Assembly: GCF_018977255.1 (NCBI RefSeq)
Contig: NW_024704742.1
Span: 15,316,001 to 15,380,000, forward strand
From: Callorhinchus milii
Lineage: Eukaryota
Direction: 5' to 3'
DNA: 64,000 bases
Below the pieces are notes generated by a model. It made no database searches and was not told the origin of the DNA. It saw only the letters and a list, made by a program, of their open reading frames with translations. A program made the translations under genes and the position numbers. Below, in pieces: positions 63,872 through 64,000 of this stretch. Positions within the stretch are counted from its first letter, which is position 1, and every line of letters starts with the position of its first letter.

Positions 63872-64000
63872 ACTATAGATTTAATCGGTGCAAAATGATC
63901 TAAAATACTTCCCATTCTTTTGTTCTCACTTGCATTTATATTAATTAGGTCATTTAAAGGAGGAAATTAAACACCAATGTAATTGTATTTTTTCTACTGC

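Noticed and set aside
1..64000. CRISPR arrays, rRNA genes or prokaryotic operons
   Set aside because: None seen; the recurrent sequences are dispersed SINE/LINE copies in a spliced vertebrate gene

Overview
Eukaryotic, repeat-rich, AT-rich vertebrate genomic DNA. The mix of tRNA/CORE-like SINEs, Deu-type SINEs, L2, CR1 and Penelope-like elements suggests a cartilaginous fish, possibly a chimaera (inference). The window holds the first ten coding exons of PRDM5 (PR/SET domain plus C2H2 zinc fingers) on the minus strand, from the start codon at 61258 (or 61264) down to exon 10 at 6872. All junctions are GT-AG and phase-consistent, giving 1185 nt = 395 codons; the gene continues past base 1. The introns are filled with mostly decayed retroelements and MITEs, several nested. 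The most notable signals suggest a candidate regulatory layer on PRDM5: two tandem-duplicated poison/re-start exons in intron 1, an overlapping uORF pair with an AUGA stop-start, a candidate PR-less alternative start in intron 3, a 30-nt micro-exon after exon 10, and a skippable exon 6 that rebuilds a zinc finger. Also present are a hammerhead-like motif in a Penelope-like fragment, a SINE insertion carrying a locally templated 48-bp copy, and an unidentified decayed coding-like segment. All were read by eye and none is confirmed by expression data.
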